Shown here piece by piece: positions 48,618-58,243 of a stretch of DNA of 64,000 nt. The stretch lies in assembly GCA_031266135.1 (NCBI GenBank), contig JAISBP010000007.1, forward strand, positions 617 to 64,616, read 5' to 3'. Made by a program: the position numbers and the translations under genes. This stretch comes from Holosporales bacterium (GTDB lineage Bacteria > Pseudomonadota > Alphaproteobacteria > RUG11792). Under the pieces are notes generated by a model. That model was not told the origin of the DNA and did no database searches. It saw only the letters and a list, made by a program, of their open reading frames with translations. Within the stretch, counting starts at the first letter, position 1, and each line of letters starts with the position of its first letter.

Positions 48618-50243
48618 ATGAATTACCGTATTCCGCTCGTTATTTTGTCGCTTATATTGAGTTCGTGTGATCGATACATTCAGCAGCAACAGAAATATAT
48701 TTCGACAGACGTTACAAGTGATTCCGTCAAAAAGATGGTCGAACCAATCGACGATGAGATCGAGACAACGGATCAGGTTGAACATGGTGAACCAGAGATC
48801 ATCATCCCAGACTCTTTGAAACAAAAAGTGTCACTCACTCTGAATGAGAGCCTATCGGTGAAATCGGTCCTATGTGAGACCGCCAAGAAGCTCAAGATCG
48901 ATTTTCAGATAGATCCCAGTATTAATGAGAGAATTATTTTTCAGGCTCATCAAAAACCATTTATAGAAATATTGGATGCCATTAGTGATATGGTTAATCT
49001 GAGGTATACCATCAGTGCCGGATTCGTCAAGGTCGTCCGGGATACTCCATACACCGAATCATACAATATCCAGGTCCTGAATTTCTCACGTGATAGTGAG
49101 AACAAGATCTCGATCGCGACGGAGGTTTCATCGACTTCATCCGATATCGATGAAAAGAGTAAGAACGGCTCTTCAGATAGTACGGTCACCGTCAGGGCAA
49201 AGAGTGACTTCTGGTCCGAGCTGGACGATGGTCTCAAGATTATGTTGAATAATCAATCGAAGGATCAGGCGACGTATTCAATCAATAGACAATCCGGAAT
49301 AATAACGGTCTGTGCCAATTCGAAGACTCAAAGATGTATCCGTGATTATATCAAGAAAATCAAGGAAGCTACGATGAGCCAAGTATTGATCGAAGCAAAG
49401 ATAGTGGAGGTAGTATTAAAGAATGAGTATAGGCGCGGAATTGACTGGGATATCGTGAGTCAAAAAAGTAAAATCGGTGCAAACTTTGGAACGATGTCAA
49501 AGGCAGGACTTAATTCTGATAAATCAACACCCGTTACGTTCTCATACAATTTTACCGGCGTAACGGCTACATCGAAAATGCCAGCTATCCTGAATATCCT
49601 CGAGGAATTTGGATCGATTAAAACCATTTCGAATCCCAGGATAACGGCTATGAATAATCAGGCCGCCATTCTGAAGGTCGCCCAGAATCACGTGTATTTC
49701 CGGTTGAATTACGATAAGACGTATTCAAACTCCGATACGAAGCGAGAAGGGGTGGCCGTCTCCAGCGATATCAAGACCGTCCCGATCGGGCTCGTCATGT
49801 TTGTTCAGCCTTCGATCGATACATCTACCAACACGACGACCCTCTTTCTGAGGCCCACGATCACGAAGCTATCGGGTACTATCCATGATCCAGCGGTTGA
49901 TATAGCGATTCGCTCGATAGAAACCGATAATAAAACCGAATATAAACCATCTGAAATTCCGGTCACTGAAATCAGGGAGGTAACATCGGTCCTGAAGCTC
50001 AAGGACGGAGAAATCGCGGTCCTGGGAGGATTCATGGAAGTGAGATCTGCGAAGGTTAAGTCCGGTATTCCTGGGATACAAGATATTCCGTATGTTGGAG
50101 AGATGGCATCATCCCACGGAATGAGTGACGACGTCGTTGAGCTCGTGATCCTGATTAAGGTGAAGATCGTGGGGAGACAACGCAATCAACGCGCGGCCGA
50201 CCTGAGATTATTGAGATTCGTCCCGGATCCACGCCCTTTTTAA
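48618..50243 (+). CDS. secretin-family outer-membrane channel lipoprotein (MshL/PilQ/GspD-like)
   Basis: Lipobox LILSSC. C-terminal secretin domain ISNPRITAMNNQAAILKV ... VLKLKDGEIAVLGGF ... GIPGIQDIPYVG. Confidence 0.8.
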   Translation: MNYRIPLVILSLILSSCDRYIQQQQKYISTDVTSDSVKKMVEPIDDEIETTDQVEHGEPEIIIPDSLKQKVSLTLNESLSVKSVLCETAKKLKIDFQIDPSINERIIFQAHQKPFIEILDAISDMVNLRYTISAGFVKVVRDTPYTESYNIQVLNFSRDSENKISIATEVSSTSSDIDEKSKNGSSDSTVTVRAKSDFWSELDDGLKIMLNNQSKDQATYSINRQSGIITVCANSKTQRCIRDYIKKIKEATMSQVLIEAKIVEVVLKNEYRRGIDWDIVSQKSKIGANFGTMSKAGLNSDKSTPVTFSYNFTGVTATSKMPAILNILEEFGSIKTISNPRITAMNNQAAILKVAQNHVYFRLNYDKTYSNSDTKREGVAVSSDIKTVPIGLVMFVQPSIDTSTNTTTLFLRPTITKLSGTIHDPAVDIAIRSIETDNKTEYKPSEIPVTEIREVTSVLKLKDGEIAVLGGFMEVRSAKVKSGIPGIQDIPYVGEMASSHGMSDDVVELVILIKVKIVGRQRNQRAADLRLLRFVPDPRPF

Positions 50244-50382
50244 GGTGTGTAGTTATGATTAAAAAAGATTAGATTCCTCACAGTAATTCAGATTATAGCT
50301 GTCCTTCATTTTGTGCTGAGGAATGAGTTGAGTTCGTACTATGATGTAGTGTATCAGCTTTACTACTCTGAGATTTGAGAGA

Positions 50383-50877
50383 ATGAATGCGCTGTTGAGA
50401 TGCTTAACGCTTGTACTAACCGTCCACGGTTACGCTATGGCAATGCACGGACAAATACCAGCTAGACAGCTTCGGGCAAATGTTATTCAGTGGACTTGGA
50501 ATAATGCAGCTTTGACTCAAGTAATAGATCAAGCCATGTGGATTAATGGTTTAATCTGCTCTAATACAAATGTAATTTCCTTAGGAATTAGATATCTTCG
50601 TGAGGATTATGTAGCTACACCATTGATATTAGCCTGTATAAAACGCCTCGAACTTGAAGGATGGCTCCCTGTTCCTGACGTATCAGTATACCGGAAGGCA
50701 GTTATAATATTGTGTCTACATTCTCATTTTCGCGATCAAGACTATATCTCTCGCTTTTTTAACGATTGCTCAACTGATTTACGCAGGATGTATTACTCCC
50801 AGAGCAGTGGATTTGCACGGAGTAGATCATTGGAAAATTTGAGAGTTCTCGAAAAATTGAGGGATTTTGTACCATAA
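50383..50877 (+). CDS. hypothetical secreted protein (orphan)
   Basis: 164 aa with a signal-like N-terminus MNALLRCLTLVLTVHGYAMA. Confidence 0.4.
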   Translation: MNALLRCLTLVLTVHGYAMAMHGQIPARQLRANVIQWTWNNAALTQVIDQAMWINGLICSNTNVISLGIRYLREDYVATPLILACIKRLELEGWLPVPDVSVYRKAVIILCLHSHFRDQDYISRFFNDCSTDLRRMYYSQSSGFARSRSLENLRVLEKLRDFVP

Positions 50878-51055
50878 TCCTTGTTCTGACAGATCTGGAA
50901 ATGATGTGAACTTACAGAGTTTCTCCAATTTTCCTTCCAGATATCCCGAGAACAACCTCTTGTCACACACTCAGACACGCAGCGGTTTGTGAGCAGTTTT
51001 CCCTTAACAATAATTCCATATCCGAATGTTGGTGACAAAAGGTCTATTGGATATC

Positions 51056-51688
51056 TTACTTCTCTGGGAATCCAGGAAACCCAGTTGGAACTGGATCGCC
51101 CATTATACGGCCATTATTCTGCTGTGAGCTGTTTTTGAATGTGTCTTTTAGCCTGTCTATTTCTATTTGGGAAGCAATTAGATCTCTCCGTTGCTCGTAC
51201 TTCCCTCTAGAAGCTATTGCTGAATACTTGCACAACGGATCTTGGAGCGGAACTTCACCTGAGATATTGAGATCGTTAGCGACCTTTACCTGTATTGAAT
51301 ATATATTTGGGTTTTTGAAATATTCCAAGTCTGCTTCTACATCTCGTATCATGTTTGTAACTAATGTTGGTAGGTTCGAGTATTCGCTTTGATCCACGTT
51401 GTGCAGGCATTCTAGAATAACTCTAGTAGTCCCATCTACAATTGTTTTTGCTTTGACGTGTGGTGATTTGATCATGCGTTGACAGAAGTCCACGATTTGA
51501 CCTGCTATCTGTTGGGATTCAGAATATTCTGGGAGAATTTCCTTGACTTTGTCAACTATATGCTGAGCGTATGGGGGGGGGGGGATATTTTGCGCATCGA
51601 CAGACGCATCTGTTGCAGCTTCGACCATAGCTGGCATGTTCATCATGAATATTGGAACAATGAGTAAGATTTTTATAATTCTATCCAT
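51056..51688 (-). CDS. hypothetical secreted protein with a C12 tract near its 5' end
   Basis: 210 aa with the signal peptide MDRIIKILLIVPIFMMNMPAMVEA. The homopolymer encodes I-PPPP just after the signal peptide. Confidence 0.55.
   Translation of the reverse strand: MDRIIKILLIVPIFMMNMPAMVEAATDASVDAQNIPPPPYAQHIVDKVKEILPEYSESQQIAGQIVDFCQRMIKSPHVKAKTIVDGTTRVILECLHNVDQSEYSNLPTLVTNMIRDVEADLEYFKNPNIYSIQVKVANDLNISGEVPLQDPLCKYSAIASRGKYEQRRDLIASQIEIDRLKDTFKNSSQQNNGRIMGDPVPTGFPGFPEK
51573..51584 (-). repeat. C12 homopolymer on the coding strand (G12 on the plus strand)
   Basis: Counted directly. The gene is currently in frame. Confidence 0.95.
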
Positions 51689-51815
51689 CTTTGTTCTCGT
51701 CCTTTTACTGTTTCACTCATAACTATTCTACCATTTACAATACCTGAAGTCAAATTCCCAGTATCCTCCGTAATCGGCTTATTGAAAACACCGAGAATGG
51801 TTCAGATAATTAATT

Positions 51816-53702
51816 CTACTTATTGAGATCGGTATAATCTCCATCCACGACGCCTTCTCCATCATCCTGCGTCTGTTGCTGGCCTCCTTCATTTGCCTGG
51901 CTTTCCTTATACATCATCTCTCCTATCTTCATCGATGACTGCATGAGGTTCTGGGTCTTGCTCTGTATATCATCGTTATTTTCTCCTTGGCATGCCTCCT
52001 TCAGGGCCGCGATATCCGCTTCAATTTTTGATTTCTCTTCGGCCGGGATTTTATCTCCATAATCCGTGAGACCCTTCTCGGTGGTGTGAATAAGAGATTC
52101 TGCATGATTCCGTGATTCTATCAATTCTTTCCGTTTCTGATCATCGCTGGCATTGGCCTCGGCATCCTTCAGCATCTGCTGTATATCGGCATCCGACAAA
52201 CCTCCCGAAGCCTGGATTCTGATCTGCTGTTCCTTCCCGGTCGCCTTATCCTTCGCCGATACATTGACTATACCATTCGCATCGATATCGAAGGTCACCT
52301 CTATCTGCGGGACTCCGCGTGGCGCCGGAGGAAGTCCTATCAAATCGAATTGCCCCAGCAACTTGTTTTGAACAGCAATCTCACGCTCTCCCTGAAATAC
52401 ACGTATCGTCACGGCCGTCTGATTATTTTCAGCCGTCGAGAATACCTGGCTCTTTTTCGTGGGGATGGTGGTATTCTTTTCGATGAGACGCGTGAAGATT
52501 CCACCGAGTGTTTCGATCCCCAGCGAAAGGGGTGTCACATCCAGGAGCAATACATCCTTCACGTCTCCCTGCAATACTCCCCCCTGAATGGCGGCGCCTA
52601 TAGCTACGACTTCATCCGGATTGACACCTCTATTCGGATCACGTCCAAAAAACTCTTTGACCTTCTCGATGACTTTGGGCATGCGTGTCATACCACCCAC
52701 CAGGATTACGTCCTGGATATCGCCTGCTCTAAGTCCAGCGTCCTTCAACGCGATCCTGCAGGGCTCTATCGTCTTATCGATCAGATCCCCAACGAGAGAC
52801 TCAAATTTCGCCCGCGTCAACTTTATATTTAGATGCTTTGGGCCACTGGCATCGGCCGTGATGAACGGTAGATTAATATCCGTCTGTAGCGACGATGATA
52901 ATTCAATCTTCGCTTTTTCGGCGGCCTCTTTCAGCCTCTGCAGTGCCATGTTGTCCCGTTTGAGATCGATCCCAGATTCCTTCAGAAACTCCGAGACAAC
53001 ATAGTCTATGATCCTGGCATCGAAATCCTCTCCGCCGAGAAAGGTGTCGCCATTCGTGGATTTCACCTCGAATACGCCATCACCAATCTCTAGGATCGAG
53101 ACATCGAAGGTACCACCACCTAGGTCGTACACTGCAATGGCGCCACTATTCTTCTTGTCGAGGCCATAGGCCAGGGCAGCGGCCGTCGGTTCATTGATAA
53201 TCCTCAATACTTCGAGCCCGGCGATTTTCCCGGCATCTTTAGTGGCCTGCCGCTGTGAGTCGTTAAAATATGCGGGGACGGTAATGACGGCCTGTGTCAC
53301 CTTATCTCCGAGGTGTGCCTCGGCTATCTCCTTCATCTTCTGCAGGATGAAAGCACTGACCTGGCTGGGACTATAATCCTTCCCCCTGGCTCGCACCCAT
53401 GCATCCCCCGAAGATGATGCCACTATATTATATGGGACGAGCTCGACGTCCCGCCTCGTCATTGGATCGTCGTATTTGCGCCCGATCAGCCGTTTGACGG
53501 CGAATAAGGTATTCTCGGCGTTGGTCACCGATTGCCGTTTCGCGGGCTGTCCCACTAGCTTCTCACCATTCTCCAGGAAGGCCACCATGGATGGTGTGGT
53601 CCTGGCTCCCTCGAGATTTTCTATTACCCGACCTGATTTACCATCCATTACGGCGACACACGAATTGGTGGTCCCCAAATCAATCCCTATTACTTTTGCC
53701 AT
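51816..53702 (-). CDS. dnaK: molecular chaperone DnaK (Hsp70)
   Basis: [14 protein letters not shown] ... DLGGGTFD ... The ATG at 53702 has AAGGAGA 7 nt upstream. The longer ORF start at 53741 would lie inside the CIRCE-like repeat. Confidence 0.95.
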   Translation of the reverse strand: MAKVIGIDLGTTNSCVAVMDGKSGRVIENLEGARTTPSMVAFLENGEKLVGQPAKRQSVTNAENTLFAVKRLIGRKYDDPMTRRDVELVPYNIVASSSGDAWVRARGKDYSPSQVSAFILQKMKEIAEAHLGDKVTQAVITVPAYFNDSQRQATKDAGKIAGLEVLRIINEPTAAALAYGLDKKNSGAIAVYDLGGGTFDVSILEIGDGVFEVKSTNGDTFLGGEDFDARIIDYVVSEFLKESGIDLKRDNMALQRLKEAAEKAKIELSSSLQTDINLPFITADASGPKHLNIKLTRAKFESLVGDLIDKTIEPCRIALKDAGLRAGDIQDVILVGGMTRMPKVIEKVKEFFGRDPNRGVNPDEVVAIGAAIQGGVLQGDVKDVLLLDVTPLSLGIETLGGIFTRLIEKNTTIPTKKSQVFSTAENNQTAVTIRVFQGEREIAVQNKLLGQFDLIGLPPAPRGVPQIEVTFDIDANGIVNVSAKDKATGKEQQIRIQASGGLSDADIQQMLKDAEANASDDQKRKELIESRNHAESLIHTTEKGLTDYGDKIPAEEKSKIEADIAALKEACQGENNDDIQSKTQNLMQSSMKIGEMMYKESQANEGGQQQTQDDGEGVVDGDYTDLNK

Positions 53703-53734
53703 ATTTTTGTTCTCCTTAAATTTTGATTCGTTAT

Positions 53735-53761
53735 TTAGCACTCTCTAACAACGTCTGCTAA
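53735..53761. promoter_or_regulatory. CIRCE-like inverted repeat (candidate HrcA operator) upstream of dnaK
   Basis: TTAGCACTC-N9-GTCTGCTAA compared with the consensus TTAGCACTC-N9-GAGTGCTAA. The left arm is perfect and the right arm has 2 mismatches. Confidence 0.5.
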
Positions 53762-54161
53762 CAGACTAACATACACATTTAATTGATGGCAAGTAAAATA
53801 TTTAATCACAGTAAAAATAAGCAAGAGGTCGAATTTCCCCTGCACCTTGCGCAATATTCATAGAAAGCGATACATATGTTTCATTCCTTCTTATAATTCT
53901 GCATCACACTTATTATTACGGTTAATGGTTCCATCAATTATGATATATTTGGAATCACTGTTTGAGACAGATGTATAGTAGAGCAAGAGAAGTAAGTTAT
54001 ATAAGTATATGACTTATATTATACATTCCATCTCTTGTTATGTCATGTGAACTTCGGTTATACTTTCATAATTCATAATCTCCTGCGTTGTTTAAGAATT
54101 TTCACTAATGAAGATATCAATGTGTCCGGGGAAAAGAGTTTGGAATTTCAGGACAAGGCCG

Positions 54162-54191
54162 TTGACAATAGAGGCCTTTGGCATGTAGAAT
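54162..54191 (+). promoter_or_regulatory. putative promoter of the tRNA-Tyr/tRNA-Gly unit
   Basis: TTGACA-N18-TAGAAT, ending 16 nt before the tRNA-Tyr 5' end. Confidence 0.5.
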
Positions 54192-54207
54192 ACCTACTAT
54201 GTTTGCT

Positions 54208-54293
54208 GGAAGGGTGGCCGAGTGGTTAAAGGCAGCAGACTGTAAATCTGCCGACGTCAGTCTACGTAAGTTCGAATCTTACCCCTTCCACCA
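54208..54293 (+). tRNA. tRNA-Tyr (anticodon GTA), CCA encoded
   Basis: Acceptor GGAAGGG/CCCTTCC, anticodon stem GCAGA/TCTGC with loop CTGTAAA, a long variable arm and T-arm GTAAG-TTCGAAT-CTTAC. Confidence 0.9.
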
Positions 54294-54304
54294 TGATGAT
54301 CGAA

Positions 54305-54378
54305 GCGGGTGTAGCTTAATGGTAAAGCCCCAGCCTTCCAAGCTGGCTACGTGGGTCCGATTCCCATCACCCGCTCCA
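54305..54378 (+). tRNA. tRNA-Gly (anticodon TCC), CCA encoded
   Basis: Acceptor GCGGGTG/CACCCGC, anticodon loop CTTCCAA and T-arm GTGGG-TCCGATT-CCCAT. Confidence 0.9.
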
Positions 54379-54420
54379 TGTTTTTTAATCTTTTTTGTTT
54401 TTTGTGGCACGAGTTAGAAT

Positions 54421-55416
54421 ATGTTTAAGTCACCGAAATTTTGGAATGAAGACGATAATTTAATAGTTAAGGCGCTATCGCCTTTGTCAAAGGTATATTC
54501 CTTGTTCTATGCAATTAATATCAATAAGACAGTACCGGTATCGGCTTCTGTCCCCGTGATCTGCGTTGGGAATATCGTGATGGGGGGAGCCGGTAAGACT
54601 CCAACCGTAGAGTTAATTTGCGATATCTTGAAGGATAGCGGATATGACCCGAATATTCTATCGTCTGGATTTGGTGGATACCTCAAGAATGTCGTCAAGG
54701 TAGATCCTGAATTACATTCGTATCTGCAGGTTGGTGATGAGGCACTCCTATCGGCGAGAGTTGCTCCAACATGGATCGGGAAAAACAGAATTAATTCGGC
54801 GAAAGCGGCCACGATATCGGGGGCTAATGTTCTGGTTCTAGACGACGGATTTCAAAACAATTCACTGATTCAAAATTTAAAGATTTTGGTCATTGATTCT
54901 GGGCAGGAATTTGGGAATGAGAAAATTTTCCCGGCGGGGCCATTACGTGAATCCGTCGATTCTGGCCTGAGGAAATCCGATATCGTCCTGATAATTGGGA
55001 GCAAAAATGAGGCGCTGGAGAGCAGGATTCATCAGATCAAGCCTGATGCCGTAATTTGTTACGCTAAAATGAATGTTATTAATGAGGATGAGTTTGAAGG
55101 GCAAAGGGTGATCGGCTTCTGCGGACTGGGATATCCTGAAAAATTCCATAGGACATTGAAGGAGATTGGGTTTGATGTTAAAGACTTCATTGCGTTTGCA
55201 GATCATCATCCATACACTATAACTGAAGCTCAAAAATTGATTAAGGCTGCCAGGAATGCTGGAGCAAAGTTGGTGACCACTATGAAAGATTATGTAAAGA
55301 TTCCCGATGTCTTTAAGCATGAACTATTGGTGATCAATATAAAACTGCAGTTAGAGGATAATACTTTAGCAGAAATGATACGAGATACTGTTGGCAAACA
55401 AGCTGGAGCACAATAA
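54421..55416 (+). CDS. lpxK: tetraacyldisaccharide 4'-kinase
   Basis: VICVGNIVMGGAGKTP P-loop and LDDGFQN. Confidence 0.85.
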   Translation: MFKSPKFWNEDDNLIVKALSPLSKVYSLFYAININKTVPVSASVPVICVGNIVMGGAGKTPTVELICDILKDSGYDPNILSSGFGGYLKNVVKVDPELHSYLQVGDEALLSARVAPTWIGKNRINSAKAATISGANVLVLDDGFQNNSLIQNLKILVIDSGQEFGNEKIFPAGPLRESVDSGLRKSDIVLIIGSKNEALESRIHQIKPDAVICYAKMNVINEDEFEGQRVIGFCGLGYPEKFHRTLKEIGFDVKDFIAFADHHPYTITEAQKLIKAARNAGAKLVTTMKDYVKIPDVFKHELLVINIKLQLEDNTLAEMIRDTVGKQAGAQ

Positions 55417-55611
55417 CTGTATGGAAGATCTGATATTACAAGCATAGCATAGTCTATTGATGGTTGTTGATGATGGTAGAACTCCACTTAAGTCTTCCAA
55501 TAAAAGAAGTAAAAGTTATCAATCTTACATGCAACTGAAGTTAATTATATTGGCTTAATCATCTTCTTTTCAGGGAATTATGTTATAATATCTAGGATCG
55601 GTGTTTGGGTT

Positions 55612-56163
55612 TTGATGAGATATATGAGCTATTTTAAAAGGGTTTTGTTGCCGTTTTTCGCCTTTTTCTTATCTTCCTTCTTTTCAGAATCGTATCTCGA
55701 AAGAGCTATAGCTGATGCGCAATCCGATACGACTGATAAAGAAGCGGTAGAAAAGGCAGAAGCGTATCTTAAAAAAAATATCCCTTATATTGTGAAGGCA
55801 TTAGAAGATGGAGATGTGGAAGGAGCTGCTTATTTTTTTGCTGTCGATGATTGGGAAAAGCAATTTGGAACTACTGACGATAATTTAACAAATATACTCA
55901 AAATGGGATTGCTGCTAGATATTGTGGGATATGAGCTCCAAAAGATTGTTAAGAGCAAGGTTACTGATAATTTTATTATGTTAAAGGCATTGTTTCAAAA
56001 AAATAATGGGAAAGATGCAATAGAAGTAGAGATAATATTAAGAAGGCCTGATTTGAAAATAATGGATATAGGATCAAATGGATTTGCACTTATACACATC
56101 TTAAAGGCACAGAAGAAGAGCAGGGACCAGGGAAAGAAGTCCCAAAAAGAGAAATCAAAGTAA
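55612..56163 (+). CDS. hypothetical secreted protein with a Lys-rich tail (orphan)
   Basis: 183 aa with a hydrophobic N-terminus. It is followed after 1 nt by the MORN-repeat ORF. Confidence 0.45.
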   Translation: MMRYMSYFKRVLLPFFAFFLSSFFSESYLERAIADAQSDTTDKEAVEKAEAYLKKNIPYIVKALEDGDVEGAAYFFAVDDWEKQFGTTDDNLTNILKMGLLLDIVGYELQKIVKSKVTDNFIMLKALFQKNNGKDAIEVEIILRRPDLKIMDIGSNGFALIHILKAQKKSRDQGKKSQKEKSK

Positions 56164-56164
56164 A

Positions 56165-56728
56165 GTGCACAATTTTTCCGGTGAGTTTGCGCAAGAATTA
56201 GACACTGGTAAGGTGATTATTAATTACGTACTCGGCAAGAAGAATGGCGTAACGAAATTTCTGGATCGTCATGGGATCGTACTATCTGAGATTAACTATA
56301 AAGATGACCTCATCGATGGCGATGTGAAGCAGTATTATCAGAGTGGTAATATTTTGTCCATCATCACGTATAGAGCTGGTATTCAGCATGGTCCATTCAT
56401 TTCATATTATGAGAATGGAATGAAACAAATGGAATCGTTTTATTCGAATGGTAAGTCTGAGGGGGAAATCGTGGTATTCGATGTATTTGGCGATATCATG
56501 AGCGAGACCCAGTACCATGGTGGATTAAAGAATGGGGCAAGTATTCTGAATTATCCAAAATCTCAGGGAGGCAAGGTTTTCGAGACGTCTCGTTATGAGG
56601 ACGGTAATCTCGTCGGAGACAAAATACAGTATTACAATACAGGGGAGGTCATGTCAATAACTCCGTATATCAAGGGCAAAGCTCAGGCATACCCCAGGAA
56701 CTTCGATAAAAATGGTAATGAAATATAG
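56165..56728 (+). CDS. MORN-repeat (YwqK-like) protein
   Basis: Repeated Y..G...G....YY.NG motifs (for example ISYYENGMKQMESFYSNGKSEG and IQYYNTGEVMSITPYIKGK). GTG start. Confidence 0.65.
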   Translation: MHNFSGEFAQELDTGKVIINYVLGKKNGVTKFLDRHGIVLSEINYKDDLIDGDVKQYYQSGNILSIITYRAGIQHGPFISYYENGMKQMESFYSNGKSEGEIVVFDVFGDIMSETQYHGGLKNGASILNYPKSQGGKVFETSRYEDGNLVGDKIQYYNTGEVMSITPYIKGKAQAYPRNFDKNGNEI

Positions 56729-57001
56729 ATTGGATTTATTAGATCTCTAATATCTTTCTTACAAGTATAATCGGCGTGATTCATGGTAGATACACATCAA
56801 ATCCCAGGAGATTATGTATGTATCTCCACTGGCGATACTGTCGTATCCAAATATCCATAAGAACTTAGATACCCCAAAGAAGATGATTCTGAAGAGTTAA
56901 GATGGAGAAATACTCTATATTCAAGTATATCCTTAGTATTTCTTTAATATAATTACGTTAGAATCTAATAGAAAGGTTCATTTAATTATCAAGAGAATCA
57001 T

Positions 57002-58063
57002 ATGAATAAATCAATTATTTATAGTTTACTATATTTGTACTTAATGCTAAATCATAATTGTTCTTCAGAAGAATTGACTACAGCGCATTTCAGCTCTCCT
57101 CTCTCGGAGGAAGAACAGCAAAGAACAAGGTGTATTGCAGAGAAGCAAGGATTCTGTGAGATTTTTAATGATGGTGAAATTCCTAACGGAAGTCTGGCTA
57201 TCACAGCTGGGTTGAGTTTTTTCAATGATACCACGCGGAGTCTCAGTCGTTTCAAGCATCGTTGTAATCCATTGGGCATTAGCCATGTACTTTTAGTTAT
57301 CAATGACTATCCGTCAGAAATTATTAAACTGATTGAAGAAAAGATGCAAGACACAGCTGATCCAGATGCGATAGTGCTCATGCAACGAATGATAGAAAAC
57401 ATCCGTGACAAAGTTACTCTGGATGAGAGTGGTGGTGACATCCTGATTCCGTTCGTATTTGAGGCAGATACGACATGCTGGCTCTGTCCATTAACCCAGT
57501 ATTTAGATGGGGAACGAAATTTATATCTACGATTGCGCAAGAGAGACGTTCAGCAGCTTAGCCTGGAATACTCCAGAAATTTTGTGAGGAGGTGGTTGTG
57601 CGTATCTTACCCATTCTGGATGGATTCTGTTCGTCTGGTAGCCTGCCCACTCGGACGTAATTCCCCTCAATACGACTATGAAAATATTTTTTGCAGCGAA
57701 TTGGTTGCGCTATTTTGCAATATCGCTAATGCCAGTAACGTTGTCCCATCAGAATTTAGCTCAACATCCGGACCGGAGCACGATCTTGTAAGAGATATGG
57801 TCGAACCCGATGTACCAGTAATGCTGGTCCGAGACTTTAGCCCTGCAGAAGCGAACGGCTTAACTTTTACTGGCTCTCTGTTAAGGGGAAGCGTGAATAC
57901 TATTATTTTTACGTATGATTATATAGCGTCTCCCATCCTCACTTCTCTACAAACAATGTCCTCAATACCTGAGAAAACTGGGTTAAAATTTAGAGCACTA
58001 TGGAATATGATATTACCGTCTCACCTGCCTGATACGTCACCTAATCAACCTCAGAATATTTGA
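57002..58063 (+). CDS. secreted YiiX/C92-like permuted papain-fold protein (paralogue 2)
   Basis: Signal-like N-terminus, the His motif LGISHVLLVI and then the Cys motif FCSELVALFC, which is identical to the decapeptide in 11094-11996. Confidence 0.55.
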   Translation: MNKSIIYSLLYLYLMLNHNCSSEELTTAHFSSPLSEEEQQRTRCIAEKQGFCEIFNDGEIPNGSLAITAGLSFFNDTTRSLSRFKHRCNPLGISHVLLVINDYPSEIIKLIEEKMQDTADPDAIVLMQRMIENIRDKVTLDESGGDILIPFVFEADTTCWLCPLTQYLDGERNLYLRLRKRDVQQLSLEYSRNFVRRWLCVSYPFWMDSVRLVACPLGRNSPQYDYENIFCSELVALFCNIANASNVVPSEFSSTSGPEHDLVRDMVEPDVPVMLVRDFSPAEANGLTFTGSLLRGSVNTIIFTYDYIASPILTSLQTMSSIPEKTGLKFRALWNMILPSHLPDTSPNQPQNI

Positions 58064-58100
58064 AATAAATTGGGCAGTGAGAAAAACTCCCAAATTTAAC

Positions 58101-58243
58101 AGACTTCTTTCCAAACCTTCAGAACCAGATCTTATGGAAGGAGATCCGGCACTCAGAACCGCAGCGTACTTTAACGCACGTGAGGATTTGAGTACCGGCT
58201 CGACGCAGCAGAAGACTGATTATGGAGATTTCGAGAGAAATCT
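58101..58243 (-). repeat. RPE-like element, near-full copy (reverse orientation on the plus strand)
   Basis: AGACTTCTTTCCAAACCTTCAGAACCAGATCTTATGG ... GCAGAAGACTGATTATGGAGATTTCGAGAGAAATCT. It contains the stop codon of the ferredoxin-like gene. Confidence 0.85.

Noticed and set aside
54035-54417. ORFs 54035-54229 and 54178-54417
   Set aside because: They overlap the tRNA-Tyr and tRNA-Gly genes and their promoter. The tRNA folds are unambiguous.
56165-56728. Calling the MORN/YwqK-like ORF the antitoxin of a toxin-antitoxin system
   Set aside because: Only the repeat architecture is visible. No recognisable toxin lies next to it, so a TA call would rest on an annotation habit rather than on sequence evidence.
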